Assembly (NCBI GenBank): GCA_965228425.1
Contig: OZ245815.1
Coordinates: forward strand, 1,090,495-1,154,494
Origin: Alphaproteobacteria bacterium
GTDB taxonomy: Bacteria > Pseudomonadota > Alphaproteobacteria > UBA8366
Direction of reading: 5' to 3'
Length of the DNA: 64,000 nt
Shown here piece after piece: positions 1 to 9,688 of the stretch. Position 1 is the first letter of the stretch, and each line of letters begins with the position of its first letter. A model generated the notes under the pieces. It did not search any database. It had not been told where the DNA came from and saw only the letters and a list, made by a program, of their open reading frames with translations. The position numbers and the translations under genes were made by a program.

Positions 1-659
1 TTGCCCATGCTCTTTCCGCGGTTGTCGTCCGTATCGGCGGAAATGGCGATCAGGCGGACCATCGGCGGCGGATAACCGAACGCCTTTTTGAAGTCCGAGA
101 CGATGTCGATGGATTCCATGAACCAACGGCCGGTCGGGCTGTCGCCGGGCCGCAGGATGATGATCTGGCCTTTCGATTTGAAATACGGATTCTCGATCCG
201 GTCGCCGCGGTTGCGGGTGCCGCCCCACACATAGGTAAGGACTTTGCCGCGAAGCGGCGATGTTCGGGTCCATTTGCCGACCTGATCCAACAAGGACCAG
301 CGGCTCGGTGGCGCGTCTTCGGTATCGAAACAGATATGGATCGCCAGCGGCCGGTCATCCTTGCCCTTCGTCGACAGGTCCGTCGACGGCGGCGTCATAT
401 CGACGCGCCAACGCCAACTCAGCCGCCTTACCGGGGTGGCCGATTTGGGTAGCTCACGATACAGGAAACCCACGCTTTCCGATGCGGATACTTCAATCGC
501 GCCGTCCGGTGCGGCGCGAAATTCGGTCGCGGCCTTGCCAGGGATTTTCAGGGTTTTCCACCCGGATAGGGTGTCTCGACCGCCTTCCCTGGCGGTTCCG
601 GTGGCGGCGTTTCCTGCAATAAGGAGAGCTGCGGCGAGGGCAAACAGAGGTATCTTCAT
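1..659 (-). CDS. DUF3047-like secreted protein; the 3' end runs off the left edge of the window
   Basis: Absent from the ORF track because it has no stop inside the window. The minus frame is open from the ATG (complement of 657-659) to position 1, checked codon by codon. MKIPLFALAAALLIAGNAA looks like a signal peptide. The body (LSWRWRVD, KGKDDRPLAIHICFD, LTYVWGG) resembles DUF3047 as I remember it. Confidence 0.6.
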   Translation of the reverse strand, partial: MKIPLFALAAALLIAGNAATGTAREGGRDTLSGWKTLKIPGKAATEFRAAPDGAIEVSASESVGFLYRELPKSATPVRRLSWRWRVDMTPPSTDLSTKGKDDRPLAIHICFDTEDAPPSRWSLLDQVGKWTRTSPLRGKVLTYVWGGTRNRGDRIENPYFKSKGQIIILRPGDSPTGRWFMESIDIVSDFKKAFGYPPPMVRLIAISADTDDNRGKSMG

Positions 660-772
660 ACGCAGCAATATTGTCAAAGCGTGAGCCGATTTGAAATAAC
701 AACTGCTCACACAAATGACAGTGCTGCGCGATCTAATCCTAAGGCCGGCCGGCGCCCGGTGACATTAGGGGA

Positions 773-1912
773 TCAGCCGCGTTGCCAGACCGCGCCGCTT
801 TCCAGCAGGGATGCGACATCCCCTTGCGACATGCCCCAATCTTCCAGGGCCGACGCGGTATCGGCGCCCGGCTGCGGCGGCGGGCATTGGACCTCGAGTT
901 CGGTTCGACTGAACCGCGGCGCGGGGGCGGGTTGGACGACGCCGTCGATCTCGATGAACGTGTCGCGTGCCTTCATATGCGGATGATCCGGGGCTTCGCC
1001 CATGGACAGGACCGGCGCGAAACAGACATCGGTGCCTTCCAGGATGGCGCACCATTCGTCCCGGGTCTTTTGCTTGAACAGCGCCCGCAGCTTGTCTTTC
1101 ATCTCCGGCCATTTGTCGCGGTCGAGCTGGTCCGGAAGGGGCTCCTTCTCCAGGTCGAGGCGTTGCAGGAGCTCGGCATAGAATTGCGGTTCGATCGAGG
1201 CGATGCTGATGAACTCGCCGTCCTTCGTCTCATAAGCGCCGTAGTAATGTGAGCCGCCGTCGAGTTGATTGGCTTCGCGCTCGTCTTTCCAAACGCCGAT
1301 GGATCGCAGGCCATATGCCGCGGTGATAAGCGAAGCGGCGCCGTCGACCATGGCGACGTCCAGAACCTGCCCTTTGCCGGATTTCGAAGCTTCCAGGATC
1401 GCGCTGACCATGCCGAGCGCCAGATACAGCGCGCCGCCGCCGAAATCGCCGACGATATTGAGCGGCGGGGACGGCGGACCCTCCTTGGGTCCGATGGCGT
1501 GCAAGGCGCCGGTCAGGGCGATGTAGTTGATGTCGTGGCCCGCGGCCTGGGCGAGAGGACCGTCCTGGCCCCAGCCGGTCATCCGGCCATAGGCCAGTTT
1601 CGGGTTCCGGGCGAGGCAGACATCCGGGCCGACGCCGAGCCGCTCCATGACGCCGGGGCGAAATCCCTCGATTAGGCCGTCGGCTTGATCGACCAGCTTG
1701 AGCGCCGTCTCGATTCCGTCGGGATGTTTCAGGTCGATCGAGACGGACCGGCGGCTGCGGTTCAAGATGGGGGACCGGAACATCGGCTGATCCGGGTCGA
1801 CGCGGTCGATGCGCAGGATATCCGCGCCCAAATCCGCCAGCAGCATCGCGCACATCGGCCCCGGGCCGATTCCCGCAAATTCGACAATCTTCACGCCAGC
1901 TAAGGGTCCCAT
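773..1912 (-). CDS. Family III CoA-transferase (CaiB/BaiF type, alpha-methylacyl-CoA racemase-like)
   Basis: ORF 773..2050 trimmed to ATG 1912, with AGGAGA just upstream. MGPLAGVKIVEFAGIGPGPMCAMLLADLGADILRIDR is the canonical family III N-terminus. Length 379 aa. Confidence 0.85.
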   Translation of the reverse strand: MGPLAGVKIVEFAGIGPGPMCAMLLADLGADILRIDRVDPDQPMFRSPILNRSRRSVSIDLKHPDGIETALKLVDQADGLIEGFRPGVMERLGVGPDVCLARNPKLAYGRMTGWGQDGPLAQAAGHDINYIALTGALHAIGPKEGPPSPPLNIVGDFGGGALYLALGMVSAILEASKSGKGQVLDVAMVDGAASLITAAYGLRSIGVWKDEREANQLDGGSHYYGAYETKDGEFISIASIEPQFYAELLQRLDLEKEPLPDQLDRDKWPEMKDKLRALFKQKTRDEWCAILEGTDVCFAPVLSMGEAPDHPHMKARDTFIEIDGVVQPAPAPRFSRTELEVQCPPPQPGADTASALEDWGMSQGDVASLLESGAVWQRG

Positions 1913-2079
1913 CGTATCTCCTTTCATGAAAAAAACCGCCTTGCCGGCAGCAAGCCTCAGGGGCGGCGGGCCTGTCAAATCGATCGGACGCGAACGCCAT
2001 CGCCGGGCCGGTCGCACCCTGACTTGCCGATAAAAGGCGCGCTGGGTCATTCTAGGACCATGGTGCGGGTGACTTCTTC

Positions 2080-3639
2080 ATGAGCAAGCTGATGGACGCC
2101 AAGGACGCCGCTGCCTTGGTGACGGACGGTATGACCTTGGCGGTCGACGGTTTCGTCGGCGCGGCGACGCCGGAGGAATTGCTTTGCGCGTTGGAGTCCC
2201 GGTTCCGGGAACTCGGCGCTCCGAGGGACCTGACGGTGATCGCATCCACCGGGCAAGGGGATGCGCAAGGACGCGGTCTCGACCGGCTGGCGCATGCCGG
2301 GCTGATCGGCCGTCTGATCACATCCTATCTGAACTTGAACCGTGTGCTGCAGAAACGGCTGATCGACGACGAATTGCAAGGATATTTGCTGCCGCTCGGC
2401 GTCATTGTCCAGCTCTACCGGGAGATTGCGGCGGGACGGCCCGGGCTGATCACGCATATTGGCCTGAACACCTTCGTCGACCCCCGCCAGGAGGGTGGCC
2501 GCGTGAACGCCTGTACCGTCGACGACCTGGTGGAGGTGGTGACGCTCGCCGGGCAGGAATGGCTCTTTTACCCGAGCATGAAGCTGGATGTCGGTTTCCT
2601 GCGCGGCACCACGGCGGATGCGGACGGCAACATCACGATGGAGCGCGAGATCGCGACCTTCCAAGGCCCATCCTTCGCGCAGGCGGTGCGCAATTCCGGC
2701 GGCACCGTCATCGCCCAGGTGGAACGTGTCGTCGAGGGTGGCACGCTCAAGCCCCGCGACGTCGTCATTCCCGGCCATCTTGTCGATCACGTGGTTCTGG
2801 GGACGGCGGAGAACCATCGGCAGACCTTTGCGTCGGCATACAATCCGTTGTTCTGCGGCGAGGACCGTGCCGAGATCGGCGAGATCGCGCCGGTTCCCTT
2901 GGATACGCGGAAGTTGATCGGCCGGCGGGCGGCGATGGAACTGAGGCACGGCGATGTGGTGAATCTGGGGGTCGGAATCGCCGGCTATGTCGCGACCGTG
3001 GCGCGCGAGGAGGCGTGCGGCGACGCATTCACGTTGACCGTCGAATCCGGCGCGACCGGCGGCTATCCTGCCTACAATCTCGATTTCGGCGCGTCGATCA
3101 ACGCCGGGTCCGTGATCGATCACACCTACCAGTTTGATTTCTATGACGGCGGCGGGCTCGACATCACGATCGTCGGGCTGGCGCAGATGGACGCCGCCGG
3201 CAATGTGAACGTCTCGAAACTGGCGCACCGGATTCCAGGCGTCGGCGGATTTTTCAACGTAACGCAGGGGGCGGAGCGGGTCGTCTTCTGCGGTCTGTTC
3301 ACGGCGGGCGAACAGGAAATTGCCGTGACACCCGAGGGGCTGCGCATCGACCGGGACGGCGCGATGATGAAATTCGTCGAACAGGTCGAACAAGTCACGT
3401 TCAATGCCAAGCAGGCCTTGGCGAAAGGCCAGCGCGTGACCGCGATGACCGAGCGGGGCGTGTTCGAGATCACGGAGGACGGCCCGGTCTTGGCCGAGAT
3501 TGCGCCGGGAGTCGATCTGGAACGCGATATCGTCGCCCGCATGGCGTTTCGCCCGGCTGTCAGTCCCACCCTGTCGCTCATGCCCGCCGAGATATTTAGC
3601 CCCGGCCGTTTCGACCTTCCGCAATACCTGAACCGCTGA
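2080..3639 (+). CDS. Family I acyl-CoA:carboxylate CoA-transferase, fused alpha/beta type (YdiF / propionate CoA-transferase-like)
   Basis: 519 aa. The N-terminus KLMDAKDAAALVTDGMTLAVDGFVG and the internal LTVESGATGG (catalytic Glu region) fit fused family I CoA-transferases. It is divergent from 773..1912 across 167 bp. Confidence 0.8.
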   Translation: MSKLMDAKDAAALVTDGMTLAVDGFVGAATPEELLCALESRFRELGAPRDLTVIASTGQGDAQGRGLDRLAHAGLIGRLITSYLNLNRVLQKRLIDDELQGYLLPLGVIVQLYREIAAGRPGLITHIGLNTFVDPRQEGGRVNACTVDDLVEVVTLAGQEWLFYPSMKLDVGFLRGTTADADGNITMEREIATFQGPSFAQAVRNSGGTVIAQVERVVEGGTLKPRDVVIPGHLVDHVVLGTAENHRQTFASAYNPLFCGEDRAEIGEIAPVPLDTRKLIGRRAAMELRHGDVVNLGVGIAGYVATVAREEACGDAFTLTVESGATGGYPAYNLDFGASINAGSVIDHTYQFDFYDGGGLDITIVGLAQMDAAGNVNVSKLAHRIPGVGGFFNVTQGAERVVFCGLFTAGEQEIAVTPEGLRIDRDGAMMKFVEQVEQVTFNAKQALAKGQRVTAMTERGVFEITEDGPVLAEIAPGVDLERDIVARMAFRPAVSPTLSLMPAEIFSPGRFDLPQYLNR

Positions 3640-3665
3640 ACCGTTAGCAGGGAGACCAACCCATA

Positions 3666-4805
3666 ATGTCCGACGACACCAAGCAATTCCCGAAAATCAC
3701 CGAGCAGGGCATGGACGCGCTGCGTCAGCGGATCGGGGTCAAGATCGAAAACACGCTCGAACCGTGGTGCCATGAAGCGACGCGGGACAACATCCGGCAT
3801 TATGCGCACGGAATCGGCGACGACAATCCATTGTGGTGCGATCCCGAATACGCGGCCGACACGCCGCATGGCGGGATCATCGCGCCGCCGTCGTTCCTAT
3901 TCGCCTGCAGCCGGATCATTTCGGGATATGTCGGCGGACTGCCGGGCGTGCATGCGATGTGGGCCGGAGCCGACTTCACCTGGCACGGTGTCATCCGCCG
4001 GAATGACGAGATTCACACGGAAGCGTCGCTCAAAGACCTGATCGAGCACGATACGCGGTTTTCCGGCCGGGCGGTGCAGCAGATTTACCATGTGAAGTTC
4101 TTCAACGGTGGCGGCGACCTGCTGGCGGAGGCGGACAGCTGGTGCTTTCGGACGGATCGCGATGCGGCGCGGGAAGAAGGCACGAAATACACCGAGCTTA
4201 AGGAAAAGCCCGACGTCGCGTATAGCGAGGCCGATCTGGCGGAATTCTACAAACATTACGAGGAGGAAGATGTCCGCGGGGCCACGCCGCGCTATTTCGA
4301 GGATGTCTCGGTCGGCGACGCGGTGCCGCGCATCGTCAAGGGGCCGATGACGGTTACCGGATTCATTGCCTACGCGCAGGGCTGGGGCGGTCTGTACATC
4401 CGCGCCAATAAACTCGCCTGGAAACAGGTCAAGGCGCACCGGGGACTGGGTATCAAGAATAAATACGGCATTCCCGATTGTCCGGAACGGGTGCATTGGG
4501 AAGACGAATTTGCAACGCGTGTCGGCGCGCCCGCCGCCTATGACTACGGGCCGGAGCGTTGTTCCTGGATGACGCACCATTTGACCAACTGGATGGGCGA
4601 CACAGGGTTTCTAAGGTCTTGTTATACGGAGATTCGCCGGCATAACCCAGTGGGGGACATGTTGTTCATCGACGGGACCGTGAAACGCAAATTCGTCGAG
4701 GATGGATTCGGTTATATCGAGATCGAACAACAGGCGGTGCAGCAGGATGGCGAGCTTTCGGCGCGGGGACATGGCGTCGTGCGGCTGCCGATGCGCAAAA
4801 AATGA
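3666..4805 (+). CDS. MaoC/FAS1-like double hot-dog acyl dehydratase (R-specific enoyl-CoA hydratase family)
   Basis: 379 aa, starting 27 nt after the CoA-transferase. RHYAHGIGDDNPLWCDPEYA is a typical MaoC-like dehydratase signature, and the length fits two hot-dog folds. Confidence 0.7.
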   Translation: MSDDTKQFPKITEQGMDALRQRIGVKIENTLEPWCHEATRDNIRHYAHGIGDDNPLWCDPEYAADTPHGGIIAPPSFLFACSRIISGYVGGLPGVHAMWAGADFTWHGVIRRNDEIHTEASLKDLIEHDTRFSGRAVQQIYHVKFFNGGGDLLAEADSWCFRTDRDAAREEGTKYTELKEKPDVAYSEADLAEFYKHYEEEDVRGATPRYFEDVSVGDAVPRIVKGPMTVTGFIAYAQGWGGLYIRANKLAWKQVKAHRGLGIKNKYGIPDCPERVHWEDEFATRVGAPAAYDYGPERCSWMTHHLTNWMGDTGFLRSCYTEIRRHNPVGDMLFIDGTVKRKFVEDGFGYIEIEQQAVQQDGELSARGHGVVRLPMRKK

Positions 4806-4941
4806 GCAGGTTTAACCTGTTGCACCTCCGTCACCCTGGGTAACATTGATGCGGTTGTGTAAACCATAGTTGTTGACCATAGGCGTGCACTGGGGGTTTA
4901 TTCCCGATAGGGCACGCCGATAGTTTGAAGAAAGGTTCACG

Positions 4942-5988
4942 ATGCTGTTTCGCAAAACAATAATGTCGCTCGTTTGCATGGGCGCGTTGGTCTTTGGGTC
5001 GACGCTGGCCGCGGCGAACGACAAGGGGCTGTACATCGGCGGTGCCGGCGGCCTGAACTTTCTGACGGAAGATTCCGATCTCAATTCCGCCGATGCGGAA
5101 TACGAAGATTGGGGTTGGGCGGTCTCCGGCGCCATCGGGTATGCGCTGGGCAACGGCATACGGCTTGAGACCGAGGTCGGCTATCGTCCGAACGACGTCG
5201 ACAACATCAGCGGCGTCACGGGCGGTTCGGGCGATGTCGATGTCCTTAATTGGATGTTCAACGCCCTATATGATTTCAAGCAACTCAACCTGCCGGTCAC
5301 TCCCTATATCGGTGGCGGTATCGGTATCGCGCATGTCGATTTCGATGGCGTGACCCCGGTCGCAGGCAGCACGATCGATGACTCGGATATCGGTTTCGCC
5401 TTCCAGGGTATTGCCGGACTGTCCCTGGCGCTGACGGAAAATCTGGCCGCGACGCTCGACTATCGCCACCTGCGCGTGCCGCATGTCAGAGTGAACACCA
5501 ACGGCGGCACCGGCGTCGACAGCGACTATGCGACCAATCAGGTGATGATCGGCCTGCGCTATACGTTCGGTGCGCCGCCGAAGCCGGCCCCCGCGCCGGC
5601 ACCGGTCAAGCAGCCGGAACCTGCGCCGAAGCCTGCACCCGCACCCAAGGTGCAGTTGCAGCCGAGGGAATTCATCGTCTTCTTCGACTTCGATCAGTCG
5701 ACGCTGACGCCGGAAGCACAGAAGATCGTGAACGATGCCGCCGCCGAAGCGCGAAAAGGCTATGTGCGGATCAAGCTCGCCGGCCATGCCGACCGGGCGG
5801 GTTCCTCGCAGTACAATATCGGCCTGTCGCAACGGCGTGCGAACGCGGTGGAAGCCGAATTGCGCCGTCTCGGATTGTCGTCGACGGATATCGCGACCGA
5901 AGCCAAGGGTGAGGCCGAGCCTCTCGTCCCGACGGCTGACGGTGTTCCGGAGCCGCAGAACCGGCGCGTTGAAATCATGATGCAGTAG
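4942..5988 (+). CDS. OmpA-family outer membrane protein (N-terminal beta-barrel, Pro/Ala linker, C-terminal peptidoglycan-binding domain)
   Basis: Signal peptide MLFRKTIMSLVCMGALVFGSTLAAA. The Gly/aromatic-rich barrel half ends in LRYTF. C-terminal OmpA motifs are FFDFDQSTL, GHADRAGSSQYNIGLSQRRANAV and NRRVEI. Confidence 0.85.
   Translation: MLFRKTIMSLVCMGALVFGSTLAAANDKGLYIGGAGGLNFLTEDSDLNSADAEYEDWGWAVSGAIGYALGNGIRLETEVGYRPNDVDNISGVTGGSGDVDVLNWMFNALYDFKQLNLPVTPYIGGGIGIAHVDFDGVTPVAGSTIDDSDIGFAFQGIAGLSLALTENLAATLDYRHLRVPHVRVNTNGGTGVDSDYATNQVMIGLRYTFGAPPKPAPAPAPVKQPEPAPKPAPAPKVQLQPREFIVFFDFDQSTLTPEAQKIVNDAAAEARKGYVRIKLAGHADRAGSSQYNIGLSQRRANAVEAELRRLGLSSTDIATEAKGEAEPLVPTADGVPEPQNRRVEIMMQ
5575..5649 (+). 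repeat. Low-complexity Pro/Ala-rich linker coding repeat (PPKPAPAPAPVKQPEPAPKPAPAPK) inside the OmpA-family gene
   Basis: Residues 212-236 of ORF 4942..5988 are reiterated PAP/KPA units. Such hinges are typical between the barrel and OmpA domains. Confidence 0.7.
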
Positions 5989-6024
5989 GTTTCGATAGCG
6001 ACCTAACAGCAACTTAAACGGCAA

Positions 6025-6055
6025 CCGGCCGGACCCTTGGGTCCGGCCGGTTTTT
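6025..6055 (+). terminator. Rho-independent terminator after the OmpA-family gene (possibly bidirectional)
   Basis: Perfect 10-bp stem CCGGCCGGAC / GTCCGGCCGG with loop CCTTGG, followed by TTTTT. It sits between convergent genes ending at 5988 and 6112. Confidence 0.7.
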
Positions 6056-6111
6056 CGTTGGGTTCATTGCGGTACGCTGACCTTACGTCTTTGTCCGCGC
6101 CGCAACGGTGC

Positions 6112-6681
6112 TTATTTTTTCGGTTGTAACGTGGTCGTTCGCAGGGGGTTGCACGCCGCGCTTGCGAGCTGAGTGGACCCGTTATAATTCAGCGCCAAAT
6201 GCGCGAGATTGACCCGGCTTTCCGCGGTTTTTTGGAATAGCGTGGTCGCATCGGCGCAAAACTGATCGCGATCCGCATTACTGCTTGCCGATGCCTCGTT
6301 GGCGAGCCGCGTGACGAAGCGGTTCAATCGACGGGGACCCGATTTGCCATAGCGGCGTTTGAATTCCCGGCGGATGGCCGTGCCGTATTTCTTGAGACTT
6401 GCCCGATGATTGATGACGAAGGCGTTGTAATCCGCGCGTGCGCCGCAAGACAGCGCCGCCACCATCAACTTCGTCTGCAGCCGGCGTACTTCGATCGATA
6501 CGGCGCCGGCCGACGCCCGATCTTTGCCATATGCCGAACACTGATTTGCCAAACCCGTTGACACCGGCGCCACGACGGCACCCATCAACGCCAGGCCGAA
6601 TACGCGCGCACTCATGCGGCGGCCTGCTTTCGCAGCCGCCGGACTGAATCGGAGTTTCCGTTGCATCTTCATGAGCTTCAT
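6112..6681 (-). CDS. Hypothetical secreted protein
   Basis: ORF 6112..6756 trimmed to ATG 6681 (AAGGAC upstream). It has a basic N-terminus plus the hydrophobic stretch VFGLALMGAVVAPVSTGLA, and four Cys. I recognise no family. Confidence 0.5.
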   Translation of the reverse strand: MKLMKMQRKLRFSPAAAKAGRRMSARVFGLALMGAVVAPVSTGLANQCSAYGKDRASAGAVSIEVRRLQTKLMVAALSCGARADYNAFVINHRASLKKYGTAIRREFKRRYGKSGPRRLNRFVTRLANEASASSNADRDQFCADATTLFQKTAESRVNLAHLALNYNGSTQLASAACNPLRTTTLQPKK

Positions 6682-6860
6682 GAACTGTCCTTTGTTCCGA
6701 TGGTCTCTGTCAAGAGCACGAGAGATCAATTCGGTTTTGTGCTCACCCGAAGCCACGGTCGCACCCGCGCCGTTAACATAAAATAAAGCTATATGGTTAA
6801 CTGCCGCCCAATTGCGGCAACAATAAGAATACGGCTTCTGACGTCCGTGACGCGAGCCGA

Positions 6861-8450
6861 TTAGGAAGAATGTTCCTTTGTTTTTAGGAATTTAAGGCTT
6901 TCCCAGTCTTCTTCGGCCTTCTCGAGATGCCAGGCATTGCGCGCCAGGAAGACCGGCGCGCCGGTGTGGTCCTCGGCCATAGCGGACTCGTTGGCGTCGC
7001 GAAATTTCTTCAGCTCGCGCGCATCGTCCGCCTCGACCCAACGCGCCGTATGAAGCGTCGTGTTCTCGAACTTAACCGGCACGTCGTATTCGGTGCGGAT
7101 GCGATCGGCGAGAACTTCGAACTGCAGCGGCCCGACGACGCCGACGACCCAATCCGCGTCCATGCGCGGTTTGAAAACGCGCGCGGCGCCCTCTTCGGCG
7201 ATCTGCTGGAGTGCGCGGGACAGGTGCTTGGCCCGCATCGGGTCGGCCGGCCGGGCCTTCTGTAAGATTTCGGGCGCGAAACTCGGGACGCCGTTGAAGC
7301 GAAGCTCCTCACCCTCGGTCAGCGTGTCTCCGATCCGCAGATTGCCGTGGTTGGGAATGCCCAGGATATCGCCCGCCCAGGCTTCTTCCGCCAATTCACG
7401 GTCGCGCGCCATGAACAGCATCGGATTGTGCAGGTTCAGCATCTTGCCGGTGCGGACATGCTTCAGCTTCATGCCGCGCTTGAAATGCCCGGAACACAGC
7501 CGCATGAACGCAATGCGGTCGCGGTGCTTCGGGTCCATATTCGCTTGGATCTTGAAGACGAAGCCGCTGACCTTGTCGTCGCTCGGCTCCACCGTCCGAA
7601 CATCGGCGCTGCTGCTGCGGGGCGGCGGGGCCAGGTCGCCTAGACCTTGCAGTAATTCCCGAACCCCGAAGTTATTGATCGCGCTGCCGAAAAAGACCGG
7701 TGTCATATTCCCTTCGCGATAGGCGTCGAGATCGAATTGCTGGCACAGGCCGCGCGCCATCTCGACATCCTCGCGCAGTTTCTCCGCGGCGTAATCCGGC
7801 AGCAGCGTGTCCAGTTTCGGGTCGTCCAATCCGTCGCAGACCGCCCCTTCGTCCGGTGCGTCCGCGGTGCCTTTGTCGACCAGCATCAACCGGTCATGGA
7901 ACAGGTCGAAGCAGCCGAGGAATTGCCGTCCCATGCCGATTGGCCAGGATGCCGGCGACGGTTCGAGCGCCAGCGTCTGTTCGATCTCGTCCAGCAGATC
8001 GAACGGCTCCTGGCCTTCCCGGTCCAGCTTGTTGATGAAGGTGATGATCGGCACGTCGCGCAGCCGGCACACTTCGAAGAGCTTGCGGGTCTGCGCCTCG
8101 ATGCCGCGCGCGCTGTCCAGCACCATGACCGCCGAGTCCACCGCCGACAGCGTCCGGTATGTATCCTCGCTGAAGTCCTCATGGCCCGGCGTGTCGAGCA
8201 GATTGAAGGTGCAGTCGCCGTAGTCGAAGGTCATGACCGACGAGGCGACCGAGATGCCGCGCTCGCGTTCCACCTTCATCCAGTCGGAATGGGCGCGGCG
8301 CTGGTCGCCGCGTGCCTTCACCGCTCCGGCAAGCTGAATGGCGCCGCCAAACAACAGCAATTTTTCGGTCAAAGTGGTCTTGCCGGCATCCGGATGCGAG
8401 ATGATCGCAAAGGTCCGGCGCCGGGCCACGGGTTCTGGCAAACTGCTCAT
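6861..8450 (-). CDS. prfC: Peptide chain release factor 3 (translational GTPase)
   Basis: RRRTFAIISHPDAGKTTLTEKLLLFGGAIQLAG contains the G1 motif, DTPGHEDF is G3 and NKLDR is G4. Trimming to ATG 8450 gives 529 aa, the usual RF3 length. Confidence 0.93.
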   Translation of the reverse strand: MSSLPEPVARRRTFAIISHPDAGKTTLTEKLLLFGGAIQLAGAVKARGDQRRAHSDWMKVERERGISVASSVMTFDYGDCTFNLLDTPGHEDFSEDTYRTLSAVDSAVMVLDSARGIEAQTRKLFEVCRLRDVPIITFINKLDREGQEPFDLLDEIEQTLALEPSPASWPIGMGRQFLGCFDLFHDRLMLVDKGTADAPDEGAVCDGLDDPKLDTLLPDYAAEKLREDVEMARGLCQQFDLDAYREGNMTPVFFGSAINNFGVRELLQGLGDLAPPPRSSSADVRTVEPSDDKVSGFVFKIQANMDPKHRDRIAFMRLCSGHFKRGMKLKHVRTGKMLNLHNPMLFMARDRELAEEAWAGDILGIPNHGNLRIGDTLTEGEELRFNGVPSFAPEILQKARPADPMRAKHLSRALQQIAEEGAARVFKPRMDADWVVGVVGPLQFEVLADRIRTEYDVPVKFENTTLHTARWVEADDARELKKFRDANESAMAEDHTGAPVFLARNAWHLEKAEEDWESLKFLKTKEHSS

Positions 8451-8584
8451 CGTGTTGATCGGTCCGTCGGCTATGTCTGCGGCGTGATGCACGCCCCTGG
8501 GTTCCATGACCCGGGTGTATGCGATGTTCAATATGAAGATGACGCCTTGATCAATCCTTTACATGCGGATCGCGGCAGGAATCT

Positions 8585-9556
8585 TCAACCGGCGGACATC
8601 GCCAGCATCTTGTCCACGACCGACTCGGTGACGTTGCCGCCGGTAAGCGTGGCCACCGTTTTGCGCGTCGTATCGACCTTGCCGCCGAGAAACGCTGCGG
8701 CGGCGACGACGCCGGCCGGCTCGCCCATCAGTTTGCCCCGGTACAGGATCGTCCGGAAGGCGTCGGCGATATCCTGTTCGCTGATCAGGACGATCTCGTC
8801 CATGTATTCCTGCAAATGGCTGAACGGATACTCGCCCGGCCGCCGCGCCGACAGGCCGTCGGCCATGCTCTCCCAATAGTCGATGGCGGTGGCTTCGCCC
8901 TGCTGCATCGAGACATAGGCGGCGTTAGCCTTTTCCGGCTGGACGCCGATCACCTTGATGTCGGGCTTGCTGAGCTTCACCGCCGTCGCGATCCCGGCAG
9001 CGACGCCGCCGCTGCTCACCGGCACCAGGACGGTTTCCACGTCCGGGCAATCCTCGACGATTTCCAGGCCGATGCTCGCATGCCCGGCGACGATCGGCGG
9101 GTATTCCCAATTGTCGATCGCGGTCATGCCGCGTTCCTCGGCCAACCGGTCCACCGTCGGCTGGCGCTCCAGCGCGTCGGTGCCGCAGAACACGACCTCT
9201 GCGCCGTAACCCTTGGTGTTGTCCACCTTGAAGGGGCTGGTGTTGTCGAGCATCACGACGACGACGGGCACGCCCATGCTGGCCCCGGCATAGGCATAGG
9301 CCTGGGCGAAATTGCCGGAGGACGTGACCACCAACCCGCGTTTGCGCTGCTCTTCGGTCAGCGACCGCAGCACCGTGTAAGCGGCGCGCACCTTATAGGC
9401 GCCCGTCACCTGCAGGTTCTCGCATTTCAGGAAGAGCTTTTCGCGGCCCACCTCGGCGGAATTGCGGGCGAGCGGCACGATCGGCGTATGGCGGATGAAA
9501 TCGGGCAGCGCGTCGCGCGCTTCCTTGATGTCGTCGAGCGTGGTCAGGCGGGGCAT
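8585..9556 (-). CDS. PLP-dependent threonine/serine dehydratase family enzyme (PALP fold)
   Basis: ORF 8585..10252 has a 232-aa non-homologous 5' extension, so I trimmed it to ATG 9556 (323 aa). Motifs: HTPIVPL, FLKCENLQVTGAYKVRAAY (PLP-Lys region), SSGNFAQAYAYA and the Gly loop VSSGGVAAG. Confidence 0.8.
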   Translation of the reverse strand: MPRLTTLDDIKEARDALPDFIRHTPIVPLARNSAEVGREKLFLKCENLQVTGAYKVRAAYTVLRSLTEEQRKRGLVVTSSGNFAQAYAYAGASMGVPVVVVMLDNTSPFKVDNTKGYGAEVVFCGTDALERQPTVDRLAEERGMTAIDNWEYPPIVAGHASIGLEIVEDCPDVETVLVPVSSGGVAAGIATAVKLSKPDIKVIGVQPEKANAAYVSMQQGEATAIDYWESMADGLSARRPGEYPFSHLQEYMDEIVLISEQDIADAFRTILYRGKLMGEPAGVVAAAAFLGGKVDTTRKTVATLTGGNVTESVVDKMLAMSAG

Positions 9557-9688
9557 CGGTCTCTTGGCGTTGCTGCGGGATAGACCGGCACTATGGGCGA
9601 GCGAGATATGCGGCGCAAGCGGCGGCGTGCGGAGCGCGGTCCTCTGGGATATAACGAAGCAGAGCATGAGAATGGTGGGGAGCACCCG

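Noticed and set aside
2047-3624. 525-aa minus-strand ORF covering almost the whole CoA-transferase gene
   Set aside because: It is antisense to a gene with clear family I CoA-transferase homology. Its translation is Arg/Gly/His-rich low-complexity sequence with no motif. This is a typical shadow ORF of high-GC DNA.
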